A stretch of DNA of 64,000 nucleotides from positions 125,942 through 189,941 of the forward strand of contig CAYGRO010000001.1 in assembly GCA_964352335.1 (NCBI GenBank), in the 5' to 3' direction. Both the position numbers and the translations under genes were made by a program. The stretch comes from an uncultured Gammaproteobacteria bacterium (GTDB taxonomy: Bacteria > Patescibacteriota > Patescibacteriia > VMEV01 > CAYQCH01). The notes under the pieces were generated by a model. The model was not told the origin of the DNA, ran no database searches, and was given only the letters and a program-made list of their open reading frames with translations. Position 1 is the stretch's first letter. The number at the start of each line of letters is the position of its first letter. This document shows positions 1 through 9,310 of the stretch, one piece after another.

Positions 1-466
1 CCCGGTGCCAGATGGCGTAAGATCCCTTCTTGGGGTCGCGCTCGGACGTGACCACGAGGTCATCATCCATGAACTTCCACGACGGGAAGAGCTCGGCGCC
101 CCTCTTGTAGAGCCTCTCGGCCGTCATGTCGCCGGCCATGACGAGCAGCCGCCCCAGACCGACGCGCGTCTCGGGGATGCGGAGGTCGGAGAAGCTCAGC
201 TCGAGTCCGTAGATCTCGAGGTAGAAAGACTCCCACCAGCGGAGCTGGTCGCGGACATCGTCCTCACAGACCGTCATCTTGCGGGCGTCCCGCGAAACGA
301 TGAGGTCGGCGATCCGCTCGAGGATGTCCTTCCCATCCGGCGTTGCCAGACGGTGGATGTCCTCGTCGGTTCCCCCCTTCATCCGCACAGTCTCGACGAG
401 GCTAGTGATGATGCCGGTGGCGAGCCCCATCCCACTAACGATTGACGACACGTTCTTCTTGGCCAT
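1..466 (-). CDS. Hypothetical protein, GC-rich, 3' end truncated by the window edge (MAKKNVSSIVSGMGLATGIITSLVETVRMKGG...)
   Basis: ATG at 466 on the minus strand, preceded by an AAGGAGAG RBS; the frame stays open to position 1. It is absent from the ORF track because no stop lies in the window. Confidence 0.75.
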   Translation of the reverse strand, partial: MAKKNVSSIVSGMGLATGIITSLVETVRMKGGTDEDIHRLATPDGKDILERIADLIVSRDARKMTVCEDDVRDQLRWWESFYLEIYGLELSFSDLRIPETRVGLGRLLVMAGDMTAERLYKRGAELFPSWKFMDDDLVVTSERDPKKGSYAIWHR

Positions 467-830
467 TGGTATGGCTCTCCTTCTCTTTTGGCTCGTCCCT
501 CATCTCCACACACCATGCGCGGAGACCCCAGACGAGCCTCGTTCAATGACAGATTTTAACGCAAAATATGCGCTAAAATCTGCCATTGAGTGATTGTAAA
601 GAACAACGAAATAATATAACACGAATTGGACAAAAAAGCAAGCACAGGCCTATTTTTTTCTAATTAAAAAAAATGCATTTGGGCTCCGGGCATTCACCCC
701 TTTTCAGCCAGAGGCTGATCCGCCTTTGGAGGAAATTCCCCTCTGCCCTCCGCCCAAAAAGAAAAATTTTGTTTTGCTTCATTTGAAGAAAAGCTATTAA
801 ATGCAAAAAGGAATGATAAAAAATGTACGT

Positions 831-926
831 CGTACAACAGCGCCTAAGCGACAAGCCTTTGCTCCGATGATCCGAATAGCCTATCATCTACGCAAAGGCG
901 CGTCGCCTAGGCGCGAACGTTGTCGG
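831..926 (+). mobile_element. Integron attC site 1
   Basis: R'' CGTACAAC (831-838) and R' GTTGTCG (919-925); imperfect hairpin CGCCTAAGCGAC/GTCGCCTAGGCG and GCCTTTGC/GCAAAGGC. Confidence 0.8.
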
Positions 927-970
927 TCATTAATTTGTTTTTTCTCTAAATAAAGCTTTTAATTTGTAGT

Positions 971-1447
971 GTGAATAATAACTATCTCAAATTTCGAAAG
1001 GTCTGGTTCTTATTAGTCCCCATCCAAGTGGTATCAATTGTGTCCCTCTTCATCATCACAACTGCTTATGGGTACTGGGATTTCAAGAGTTCAGGGCTTT
1101 TATTTGGATACCCGCTCTCGATTAGCATTCTATTTGTACCGATTTACGAAGAAATCATCTTCAGAGGATTCATTCTTGAGTGGCTCACAAAACAGATGAG
1201 AAAGAATAGTGCCATTATCATTTCCTCTCTCCTTTTCGGACTGTGGCACCTAAAAAACATATTCTTCCTCACTACTGGTGAGTTGATCTATCAAATGCTC
1301 TACACAGCCCTGATTTTCGGACCAATCGTAGCGGTTGTGACCCTAAGAACTAGAACCATCTGGATAGCGGTCATTATTCACTACCTCCACAACATTCTGT
1401 CTGCAGCATCCTGGGATATCCTAGCAATGCTGAACAAATTAACTTGA
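971..1447 (+). CDS. CPBP/Abi (CAAX) family intramembrane metalloprotease, integron cassette gene
   Basis: EEIIFRG, FGLWH and HYLHN motifs; lies between attC1 and attC2. Confidence 0.9.
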   Translation: MNNNYLKFRKVWFLLVPIQVVSIVSLFIITTAYGYWDFKSSGLLFGYPLSISILFVPIYEEIIFRGFILEWLTKQMRKNSAIIISSLLFGLWHLKNIFFLTTGELIYQMLYTALIFGPIVAVVTLRTRTIWIAVIIHYLHNILSAASWDILAMLNKLT

Positions 1448-1468
1448 TGGGAAAAAACAAATTCACGA

Positions 1469-1553
1469 ACCGACAACAGCGGTCTATTCGACATATCACC
1501 ATGGTCAAAAACCATACCATGTCGATTCATCGCATAGACCGCAAACGTTAGCT
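1469..1553 (+). mobile_element. Integron attC site 2
   Basis: R'' ACCGACAAC is the exact reverse complement of GTTGTCGGT at the cassette start (919-927); stem GCGGTCTAT/ATAGACCGC; R' GTTAGCT. Confidence 0.85.
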
Positions 1554-1574
1554 GAAATTTCACCCCTCCTCACT

Positions 1575-2222
1575 ATGATAGATAAACAAACATTTGAATT
1601 AGTAAACAAGTTGTGGGATTACCACCACGTTAATCAATTTCTTGAAAAATCTGATTGCATTTTAGTTCTGGGTAGTCATGATTTGAGGGTCGCCGAAAGA
1701 GGCGCAGAATTATATCTTCAAGGATTGGCACCTATTATAATTTTTTCTGGTGGCCTTGGAAATTTTACAAAAGAAATTTGGGATGAAGCTGAGGCTGACA
1801 AGTTCGCAACTATTGCTATGAATATGGGAGTTCCGCGTGATGCAATTTTGATCGAAAATAAATCAACGAACACTGGCGAAAATATTTTATTTACGCAACA
1901 GTTGCTAAAAGAAAAAGATCTTGATCCGCAAAGTTTTATCGTTGTGCAAAAACCATATATGGAAAGAAGGAGTTATGCGACATTTAAAAAGCATTGGCCT
2001 GACAAAAAACTTGCAGTAACATCGCCCCAAATTTCTTTTGAAAAATACCCAAACGATGAAATTCCGCTTGAGAAGGTGATAAATATCATGGTCGGCGACT
2101 TACAAAGGATTAAAATCTACCCAGAAAAAGGGTATCAAATTTTTCAAGAGATACCAGAGAATGTGTGGTCAGCGTACGAAAAACTTGTCGACCTTGGCTA
2201 TACTGATCACTTGGTTAAATAA
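1575..2222 (+). CDS. YdcF/DUF218 family protein, integron cassette gene
   Basis: ILVLGS, IIFSGG, ENKSTNTGEN and VQKPYMERR motifs. Confidence 0.9.
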   Translation: MIDKQTFELVNKLWDYHHVNQFLEKSDCILVLGSHDLRVAERGAELYLQGLAPIIIFSGGLGNFTKEIWDEAEADKFATIAMNMGVPRDAILIENKSTNTGENILFTQQLLKEKDLDPQSFIVVQKPYMERRSYATFKKHWPDKKLAVTSPQISFEKYPNDEIPLEKVINIMVGDLQRIKIYPEKGYQIFQEIPENVWSAYEKLVDLGYTDHLVK

Positions 2223-2239
2223 ACAGGAGGAGTGAAACA

Positions 2240-2320
2240 TCATATAACACTGGCTATGCGGTTCAGCTTCGCTTCACCCATATTTGCTTCGGAAACATCA
2301 CACACGCAAACGTTATATGA
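2240..2320 (+). mobile_element. Integron attC site 3 (degenerate or hybrid)
   Basis: TCATATAAC...GCAAACGTTATATGA ends pair, but the inner L boxes pair poorly. Confidence 0.6.
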
Positions 2321-2459
2321 AATAGCTTTTTGTCTTCTGGGCTTCGCCCAGTTTTTTAAATGGAAAGAATTTGATTTATTAAATTAGGGATGTTCAGGTG
2401 TCACTTGCTCATTTTATGATAAAATCGTTGGCACAGTTGTAAAGAACAACTAAAAACTT

Positions 2460-3191
2460 CTACTTAACCAACCTCGTCTCAACCGTACTTAACAATTCCG
2501 TCGCAAATTCAAAATTAGCAAATAATGCTAATGAATTGGTAAACACCAAAATCCCTAAAATAATTAAAAGCGCACCAAACGCACCATTAATATATTTAAC
2601 GTATTTAGAAAATTTGCTAATAAATTTAGCGGCTGGGCTAGCAAATAATCCCACCAATAAAAATGGGATCCCTAAACCTAGTGCGTAAACAAGTAGTAAG
2701 CTAAAGGCGGCACCTGGTTGTGTTGCAGCCAATCCTAATATCGCTCCTAATACTGCACCAACACAAGGAGTCCAACCAGCAGCAAAGGCGGCACCAAAGA
2801 CAAATGATGTGAGATATTTTGAATTGAATTTTTTCTTTACTCTAAACTTATGTTCTTTTTCTAAGGCAGAAATTTTAATAAGTCCTGTTAAGTAAAGCCC
2901 AAAGAAAATAATTATAACACCACCAACTCGCCCCGCCCAAAGAGTGGCATCATAAGCGACTGAAGCTAAAATGGTATTTAAGATAACTCCGAGTAAGGCA
3001 AAAATGACCGAGAAACCTAAAACAAAAAAGAGACTATTTACAAAAATAGCCAGTCGATGATTTTTAGATTCGTCTAAAGACGTTCCTGCGAGATACGATA
3101 AAAAACCAGGAATAATTGGTAGAACACAAGGAGATAAAAAAGAAACAAGCCCCGCTAAAAAAGCGATAAAAAAACCAAATTCAGAATACAT
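2460..3191 (-). CDS. ccdA: Cytochrome c biogenesis CcdA/DsbD transmembrane protein
   Basis: SFLSPCVLP and GWTPCVG motifs; multiple TM segments. Confidence 0.9.
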   Translation of the reverse strand: MYSEFGFFIAFLAGLVSFLSPCVLPIIPGFLSYLAGTSLDESKNHRLAIFVNSLFFVLGFSVIFALLGVILNTILASVAYDATLWAGRVGGVIIIFFGLYLTGLIKISALEKEHKFRVKKKFNSKYLTSFVFGAAFAAGWTPCVGAVLGAILGLAATQPGAAFSLLLVYALGLGIPFLLVGLFASPAAKFISKFSKYVKYINGAFGALLIILGILVFTNSLALFANFEFATELLSTVETRLVK

Positions 3192-3223
3192 AAAATAGGA
3201 TTAACAATAGAGAATGAATAATC

Positions 3224-3442
3224 TTATTCTAAGTTATTTTGTAATTGAAAGCGAACCAATTCTTTGCCGTCTTGCTCAACAGGCTGTAAAAAAAGATCTA
3301 GAGGCCTTGCCCAAATTTTTTCTGGTTCCTGAATATTTTGATACACAACCATCTCTTCTAAACTCTCTGAATGTTTGGCTAATGCAAGAATTTTATATTC
3401 TCCCCCTTTATAGTGTTTATACATTTGTCCTATTTCTATCAT
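3224..3442 (-). CDS. DUF1653 family protein
   Basis: YKHYKGGEY...HSES.E.MVVYQ...WARP..F pattern. Confidence 0.85.
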   Translation of the reverse strand: MIEIGQMYKHYKGGEYKILALAKHSESLEEMVVYQNIQEPEKIWARPLDLFLQPVEQDGKELVRFQLQNNLE

Positions 3443-3453
3443 AAAACCTCGAT

Positions 3454-3861
3454 CTAAATGATTTCTTCTTCCTCTTCTTCAGGTTCTTCGCCTAATAAAA
3501 TTTCTGATGAATGAAGCATTTCTTTAACTAGTCGAGCTCCTTTCATTTGTTTATCGGTAAGCTTTTCTTTATATTGTTTTAATTCTCGCCCTACTTCATC
3601 TTTAAGGGCATCTATTGCGGCATACAAATCGGCATGCACAGCTTCTGCACTTATTAATTGACCTGGTACATCAATATTTGCCTCTGCTTTATAAACATCG
3701 CCTTTTTGATGATGATTTGTTGTTCGTTCTAATAAAATATCAACCGATGCATGTGTCCCTTCTGGTAAAAATTTTGATAACTCTGTTATTTTATTCCACG
3801 CATATTCTCGAATTGGCTCTGTTAACTCCATGTGATTAGCCTGTATTTTATTGAGCTTCAT
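3454..3861 (-). CDS. raiA: Ribosome hibernation factor HPF/RaiA
   Basis: MELTEPIREYA...DLYAAID pattern; acidic tail. Confidence 0.9.
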   Translation of the reverse strand: MKLNKIQANHMELTEPIREYAWNKITELSKFLPEGTHASVDILLERTTNHHQKGDVYKAEANIDVPGQLISAEAVHADLYAAIDALKDEVGRELKQYKEKLTDKQMKGARLVKEMLHSSEILLGEEPEEEEEEII

Positions 3862-3959
3862 AGATTTTAAATCAATGGTTATCTACCCCATTATACAATT
3901 TTTCCAAAGAAATGTCTCAAGCCCCTTGTCATCCCCAAGTAGGCGGGAGTGACAAAAAG

Positions 3960-4820
3960 CTATTTCTGACAACTCACACAAAAATGGGTTCCTCGCCCGG
4001 CTAATTTGGTTTTTTGAATATAATCATCTCCACATCGATCACATCTTTCCCCTTCTCGTCCATAGACTTTTAGATAATCAATATACCCGCCTTTTTTTCC
4101 AGAAGCATCAACAAAATTGGAAAATGTCGTACCACGTTTGGCAACCGCTTGTTCTAAAATAGTATTGCAAGCAGTAAAAAGTCTTTTCTTTTCTGGCCGG
4201 GTAAGCATATTAACCAATCGATCTGGTAGAATTTTAGCTCGATAACAAATTTCATCTGCATAAATATTTCCAATACCTGCAATAACTTGTTGATTGAGTA
4301 AAAGCGCTTTAAGAGAAGTTTTTCTGCGTTCAAATAGGTTTTCAAAAGCCTCCCAAGTAAAATCTAATGTTAATGGTTCAATGCCAAATTTGCTCAAAGC
4401 TGTGGCTGTTTGCACTTCATTGGCGAGATGAAGATATCCAAAGGTTCGTATATCATTAAAATAGAGAATAGATTCATCTGCAAAGTGAATGGCAATATGC
4501 GTATATTGATTTGGCAATTCATCAATCTTTGCCATCGGATGCCCACCGACAATAAGACCGCCAGGAATTTGGCAAATAAGTTGTCCAGTCATTTTTAAAT
4601 GAATCAGAAGTGTTTTATCACCATAGGCAAGCTCAAAAAATAAGAGTTTTCCTCTACGTCTTACTTGTTCAAATCTATTTCCTTCCAAGACGGAAATAAA
4701 TTCTTTTTCGTCATTTTTAAGACAACGCCCAGTTAGCGCTTCTACTTTACGAATGCCTTTTCCTAAAATGGCATATTGTAAATCTCTTCGAATGGTTTCT
4801 ACTTCTGGCAATTCAGGCAT
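3960..4820 (-). CDS. mutM: Formamidopyrimidine-DNA glycosylase
   Basis: N-terminal MPELPEVE (start at 4820), HLKMTG, GIGNIYADE and a C-terminal C4 zinc finger. Confidence 0.97.
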   Translation of the reverse strand: MPELPEVETIRRDLQYAILGKGIRKVEALTGRCLKNDEKEFISVLEGNRFEQVRRRGKLLFFELAYGDKTLLIHLKMTGQLICQIPGGLIVGGHPMAKIDELPNQYTHIAIHFADESILYFNDIRTFGYLHLANEVQTATALSKFGIEPLTLDFTWEAFENLFERRKTSLKALLLNQQVIAGIGNIYADEICYRAKILPDRLVNMLTRPEKKRLFTACNTILEQAVAKRGTTFSNFVDASGKKGGYIDYLKVYGREGERCDRCGDDYIQKTKLAGRGTHFCVSCQK

Positions 4821-4877
4821 AATCGACAATTAACTTAGTTCGCCTATTTTACCTGTTTTTTTAATAAAATCAACTAC

Positions 4878-4906
4878 TTGCGAATCCCTTTTGTGATTGC
4901 TATTAT
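4878..4906 (+). promoter_or_regulatory. Sigma70-type promoter upstream of a structured region without a convincing ORF
   Basis: TTGCGA-17 bp-TATTAT with an extended -10 TG. Confidence 0.6.
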
Positions 4907-4911
4907 ATTTT

Positions 4912-5356
4912 TCAGGACTAAGTGACCCTGGACACTCCTGACATACTTAGCTTCTACCTAAGTTGATTCCAGTAACATAACATGGAGTATCGTGAAGCTG
5001 AACTTCCAAATTGGTAGCATGAAAAGCTACCACACCACGACGTTCGCAATCAGCACCCACTGAACCGCCAAGTCCCAAGGAAAGGAGGTGCCGTTGAAGA
5101 GCTCGATCTTTGACAGTTACTGACTCCCTCACTTGAAGCGCATACATGCGCTTCCACCGAAGCAGCCTAAAAAGGCTGGAAAGGAGGAAAATCATACCTT
5201 ACACTACAGAAGGCAGTTGCTCATCAACGAGTAGCACTATCTTCGGCTAGCGAAGGCCGCACAACCTAACGGCCGACCTGACAACAGCAGTACAAATCTC
5301 GCTGTATACTCGTCGGCCGTAACACAAAAGAGACATCTGATAAGATGTCTCTTTTG
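4912..5356 (+). ncRNA. Candidate ~440-nt structured ncRNA
   Basis: Promoter, serial hairpins (GGTAGC/GCTACC, GAAGCGCAT/ATGCGCTTC, CAGCCT/AGGCTG, ACGGCCGAC/GTCGGCCGT) and a terminator; no long + strand ORF. Confidence 0.45.
5325..5356. terminator. Bidirectional intrinsic terminator
   Basis: CAAAAGAGACATCT-GATA-AGATGTCTCTTTTG. Confidence 0.8.
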
Positions 5357-5374
5357 TTTGTTTTGATGTTTTGT

Positions 5375-7372
5375 TTATTGGTTTTGAATAACAGGGTCTA
5401 AAATAATTGAACCATAATGCATGGTAACAAAAACTTTGTATTTCCCACTTGAATCTGGTTTAAAGTAAAAACCTAATCCAAGGCTATTCCAATCTTCGTG
5501 GTAAATTGTTCGATAATGATCACCATTTGTTGCAGCTTCAGAAAGAAAGAATGCTAAGGTATCATCTAATACTTTTTTTACAGATTCTGTTGAACCATCT
5601 GCGATCCCCCATGCAATATTTTCTGTAAAGTAATTATCATTCCACCCACCTTCACTATGACGAACTGTCCATTGTAAACCTTTTGTTTCAATCCATTGGT
5701 GCATGCTTTTTCCATCTGGGCGAGTATGCGTTGCAGAATTAATAGAACCCATATATCCAGCCCATTCAGAAGCAGTATTTACCCAACGTTGTTCTAATGT
5801 TAATTCACGTAAATCTTTTTCTGCTCGTAGGTTATTTATTTTTCCTGCCCAATATTCATTTAAAGCAATCAAATCTACTCCTTGTGGAATCGTACCTGCT
5901 TGATAAGGACTTTCTTGTACACCAGAAGTTACAAGCCCTTGTACATTTAATACAATTTCATTGCTATAAATATCACAAGCATCTCCAGTATAACGACAAA
6001 CTCTAAAATAATATTTACCTGCAGGCATATTTACTTTTCTAAACTCAAAAGCATTTGGGTCTGCGATATAGATAGAAGAATTTTCTGGATACGTTGGTAA
6101 TTGATCAATTGAATAAACAATTTTATATCCTAAAGAAGAATCTAAGCTTGTTTTTTGCCAACTCAACTTTACAACATCATTTTCTAATACGCCTGATAAT
6201 TGAATAGATCCACCAGGAAGAACCGAAGAACCATCGTTTTCAGAAATAAATATTTTTATATCATTACTATAAACACCACATGTTTTTCCTGTATATTGGC
6301 AAATACGGAAATGGTACTCTCGCCCATCACTTGCTACTTTAAATGCCATTTTTCTTATTTTTTCATCGTCTACAAAAATGGCAGTATCCTCAGAAAGTGT
6401 TGGATTCACTTTTGTACCATAAACTATTTTAAATCCTCGTGAAACATTTGTTTGGTTTACTGACCAGGAAAGATGAACAGTATTATCAATCAATTGACCA
6501 CTTAAACCAATGCTTCCAAAAACTTCTAATTCATCATCTTCTGGGATTTCATTTTTTACATCAGGAATTTCTTCTCCTCGTTTTTCGGCAAGAAAAACAT
6601 CAAAACTTTCAAAAGAAATTTCTTCTAAATCCTTATTAGAAATACCTAAACTAAGCTCTCGCATAATGCGATATGCTTCTGCCCCATCTTTTAGATAATG
6701 AACTGATAAATCTGTTGGATTAATATAATACGCTTCTCCATGAAGCTCTACAGCTAAAACAATTTTTCCTTTTACTTGTGTTGCTAATGTTTTATCTCCA
6801 GCTAGTAATCGATTAATATCTGCTGTAGAAGCACCTAAACCAAATTCACGCATCATTTGATAAGCAGTCGCTCCATCTTTCATATAAAAACGACGTCCAT
6901 CATCTGGATGCACATACCATGCTTCCCCATGATTTTCTACTTGGAGCAAAATATAACCACGAAGCTTTCTTGAAAGCTCAGTGTCTTTCACTTCATTTGA
7001 TGAAGTTGTTTCTTTGGCTTGCGTTGTTTCAATTTTCACAGCATCACCCTTTTCACCTGTAAATTGACGACCAGTAACCGTAATAAATGTATTCCAAACA
7101 TATCCTTTTCTTCCATCTTTCATTAATACAAGGTACCAACCATCTGCTTCTCCAATAATATCGACGGTAAGTCCTGCAGAAATACTTCCAACTGTGGAAC
7201 TATCCATACAAGTCATATCTCGCATATTAACGGTTGAGTTAACGGAACCAGTCCATTTAACGGTTGTAACAGGTTCTGTACAACTTCCTGCTTGTGCTTG
7301 AATAACCAAGCTTGCTGAGAGCAATAAAGTGCTCATCAAAGCGATACTCAGTCCTAAAATGCGCTTATTCAT
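5375..7372 (-). CDS. Secreted multidomain surface protein: SH3b, CPR-type GxILLQVExHGEAWY repeats, two FN3-like modules, C-terminal CAP/SCP domain
   Basis: Signal peptide; VNMR...GWY.V...GYV (SH3b); ENIAWG...HYRTI...WNSLGLG (CAP). Confidence 0.8.
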   Translation of the reverse strand: MNKRILGLSIALMSTLLLSASLVIQAQAGSCTEPVTTVKWTGSVNSTVNMRDMTCMDSSTVGSISAGLTVDIIGEADGWYLVLMKDGRKGYVWNTFITVTGRQFTGEKGDAVKIETTQAKETTSSNEVKDTELSRKLRGYILLQVENHGEAWYVHPDDGRRFYMKDGATAYQMMREFGLGASTADINRLLAGDKTLATQVKGKIVLAVELHGEAYYINPTDLSVHYLKDGAEAYRIMRELSLGISNKDLEEISFESFDVFLAEKRGEEIPDVKNEIPEDDELEVFGSIGLSGQLIDNTVHLSWSVNQTNVSRGFKIVYGTKVNPTLSEDTAIFVDDEKIRKMAFKVASDGREYHFRICQYTGKTCGVYSNDIKIFISENDGSSVLPGGSIQLSGVLENDVVKLSWQKTSLDSSLGYKIVYSIDQLPTYPENSSIYIADPNAFEFRKVNMPAGKYYFRVCRYTGDACDIYSNEIVLNVQGLVTSGVQESPYQAGTIPQGVDLIALNEYWAGKINNLRAEKDLRELTLEQRWVNTASEWAGYMGSINSATHTRPDGKSMHQWIETKGLQWTVRHSEGGWNDNYFTENIAWGIADGSTESVKKVLDDTLAFFLSEAATNGDHYRTIYHEDWNSLGLGFYFKPDSSGKYKVFVTMHYGSIILDPVIQNQ

Positions 7373-7567
7373 AGAAAAAAAAGTTAATCAATGATTAATT
7401 ATTGTCGTTTGATTATAGGGAAAATAAACCACTTTGAAAAGCGAAAACTCCCTGATTGACAAAATGTGATATTTTCTTTATATTTACTTGATTGTTTTTT
7501 CATCTTAGCGATAAATCTTTGTATTTATCTTTATGATGAAAATGACCACAGAAAGGGTCTAATAATT

Positions 7568-7960
7568 ATGTGCAAAATCCTTTGCGTCGATGACGACAAG
7601 GTAATGCTCCTCCTTATCGAGGAGTTCCTCGAGTGCAAATTTCCATCAGTAACGGTGGTTACCCATCAGTCCCCGCTCGAGGCAATCTCACAAGTCAAGA
7701 ATGACGAGAACATCAGTCTTGTCATCACTGACTGCGACATGGGCGAAGTGTCCGGCTTCGATGTCATCGAGGCCTGTATCGCGAAAGGCCTCCCCTCTGC
7801 CATCATGGTGAGTGGAGACGACACCAACCTAAAAACGGCGCTGTTCAAATTCAAAGACAAAATCCACTTCCAGACGCTCAACAAGCCAGCAAGCTTGCGA
7901 GAGCTGGAAGTGACCATCCGACACTCATTGGAACAACCAGAAAGGAAGTCTTGCTTATGA
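7568..7960 (+). CDS. Stand-alone response regulator receiver (CheY-like)
   Basis: ILCVDDD, LVITDCDM (phospho-Asp), VSG and KP motifs; ATG at 7568. Confidence 0.85.
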   Translation: MCKILCVDDDKVMLLLIEEFLECKFPSVTVVTHQSPLEAISQVKNDENISLVITDCDMGEVSGFDVIEACIAKGLPSAIMVSGDDTNLKTALFKFKDKIHFQTLNKPASLRELEVTIRHSLEQPERKSCL

Positions 7961-8352
7961 GCATCATCATCTACGTAGAAGACGAGGAAGAGTTCAGCGA
8001 CAGACTATTCCCACTCCTACAAAACCACTTCTCCGAGCATGAAGTCCTGCACTTCTACTGTGGAGGGCAAGCCATCTCTGCTCTTCGACAGAGAAGGGAT
8101 ACCGTCTCACTTCTCATCACCGATATCGCACTTGGTGTTAAGATCGACGGTCTTCAAGTGGCGCGTGCTGCGATGGAGCTTGGTATCAAACGGATCTTCA
8201 TCCTCTCAAGACAGGCCGAAGATCCGCTGAACAACCTCTACATCGACAGATTTGCCCAAAAGTTCGGGTCCACATTCAGGCTCAAGAACAAGCCAGAAGA
8301 CCTAGCAACAACCATCCCACTTATCAAGGAGCTGCTCAATGCAGATATCTAA
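7957..8352 (+). CDS. Stand-alone response regulator receiver
   Basis: IYVEDE, LLITDIAL..IDGL, ILS and KP motifs; ATGA overlap with the upstream gene. Confidence 0.8.
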   Translation: MSIIIYVEDEEEFSDRLFPLLQNHFSEHEVLHFYCGGQAISALRQRRDTVSLLITDIALGVKIDGLQVARAAMELGIKRIFILSRQAEDPLNNLYIDRFAQKFGSTFRLKNKPEDLATTIPLIKELLNADI

Positions 8353-8501
8353 GAGGTGGAGGTGGAACCACACAACCCCGCTCCCGCTCGCCGAGTCGCA
8401 AGACATGGCTAGAGCGGGCGGGGTTGTATTCATTTATTGACCAAGTAAAAGCTTCATGCTATTTATTAAACAAATGTCACGATAAAAGTATTAAATAAGC
8501 A

Positions 8502-9155
8502 TTGAATATTTTTATTGGCAAAGCAGTCCAAGGAGGACTGTTTTGTATTACCAAACAACAAAACAAGAAAGAGAGCATTTACGTGCTCGAGAATACTCCC
8601 GTGCCGTCTCGTGTCTCGGTCATCACCGACTATACGAGTGGAATGGCTATTGGCAACCGGTTCAAGATCTTGATGGGACATATCCTTTCTGGTGTTGACC
8701 CGAAAGTCTTTTCTCGGGCCGAAGAAGCTCGACAGTGGATCTCTACCAATCGACACCAACCCCCATTCCTCTACAACATCATGTGGCCCATACTAGACCA
8801 CTTCAACTCCCCTGAAGAACTGGGAGAAGAAATCCGTCGTGTCGGGTGGCTCGTCTGGGGCCTTGAACCCTTTGTCCTCAAGGGGATCAGTCACATCCTC
8901 ATCTACGGCATTCCTGGCCGAGCGGAGATCAAAGCTTCTTTGATGAAGATGCAATTCCCCAAAGACGAGGAAACCAAGCGCTTCAGCCTGCAGGTCGAAG
9001 CTGAGCTTGAGCAACATCGACCGTTGGGTGAACCACGTCAACCACCTGTCACCGACTACATCGAGATGGGGAAAAAGGGAGACGCCGTGGACCGTCTCTG
9101 CTTGCTCTGGGGCAACTGCCAAGACGTCGCCAACCGAACCCGAATCCGCTCTTGA
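8502..9155 (+). CDS. Hypothetical protein (GC-rich ORFan; start uncertain)
   Basis: 217-codon ORF downstream of a TTGACC...CATGCT/TATTTA promoter-like region. Confidence 0.5.
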   Translation: MNIFIGKAVQGGLFCITKQQNKKESIYVLENTPVPSRVSVITDYTSGMAIGNRFKILMGHILSGVDPKVFSRAEEARQWISTNRHQPPFLYNIMWPILDHFNSPEELGEEIRRVGWLVWGLEPFVLKGISHILIYGIPGRAEIKASLMKMQFPKDEETKRFSLQVEAELEQHRPLGEPRQPPVTDYIEMGKKGDAVDRLCLLWGNCQDVANRTRIRS

Positions 9156-9202
9156 CAACCCAGATATTCTGTCCTATGCTAGGTACAGGATAGGAGGAAT
9201 CC

Positions 9203-9310
9203 ATGAACGAAATCGAAAAGGCCTTCGCGGCCGCCCTCGACGCCAAGATCAACTCGATCTCGGCGAAGAAGACCGAGCCTTCCGAGGCTCACACCACGTC
9301 CGCGGCCTAG
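9203..9310 (+). CDS. 35-aa small protein MNEIEKAFAAALDAKINSISAKKTEPSEAHTTSAA
   Basis: TTGACA(9152)-17 bp-TATGCT promoter and AGGAGG RBS directly upstream. Confidence 0.65.
   Translation: MNEIEKAFAAALDAKINSISAKKTEPSEAHTTSAA

Noticed and set aside
5-593. + strand ORFs 5..445 and 279..593
   Set aside because: They are shadows of the minus-strand gene that starts at 466 with a clear RBS.
1-830. Possible integron integrase or attI upstream of the attC array
   Set aside because: The upstream protein has no tyrosine recombinase motifs and no attI could be identified.
4947-5195. 82-aa minus-strand ORF in the structured region
   Set aside because: It has no RBS or recognisable motifs, and the promoter and terminator point to a + strand transcript.
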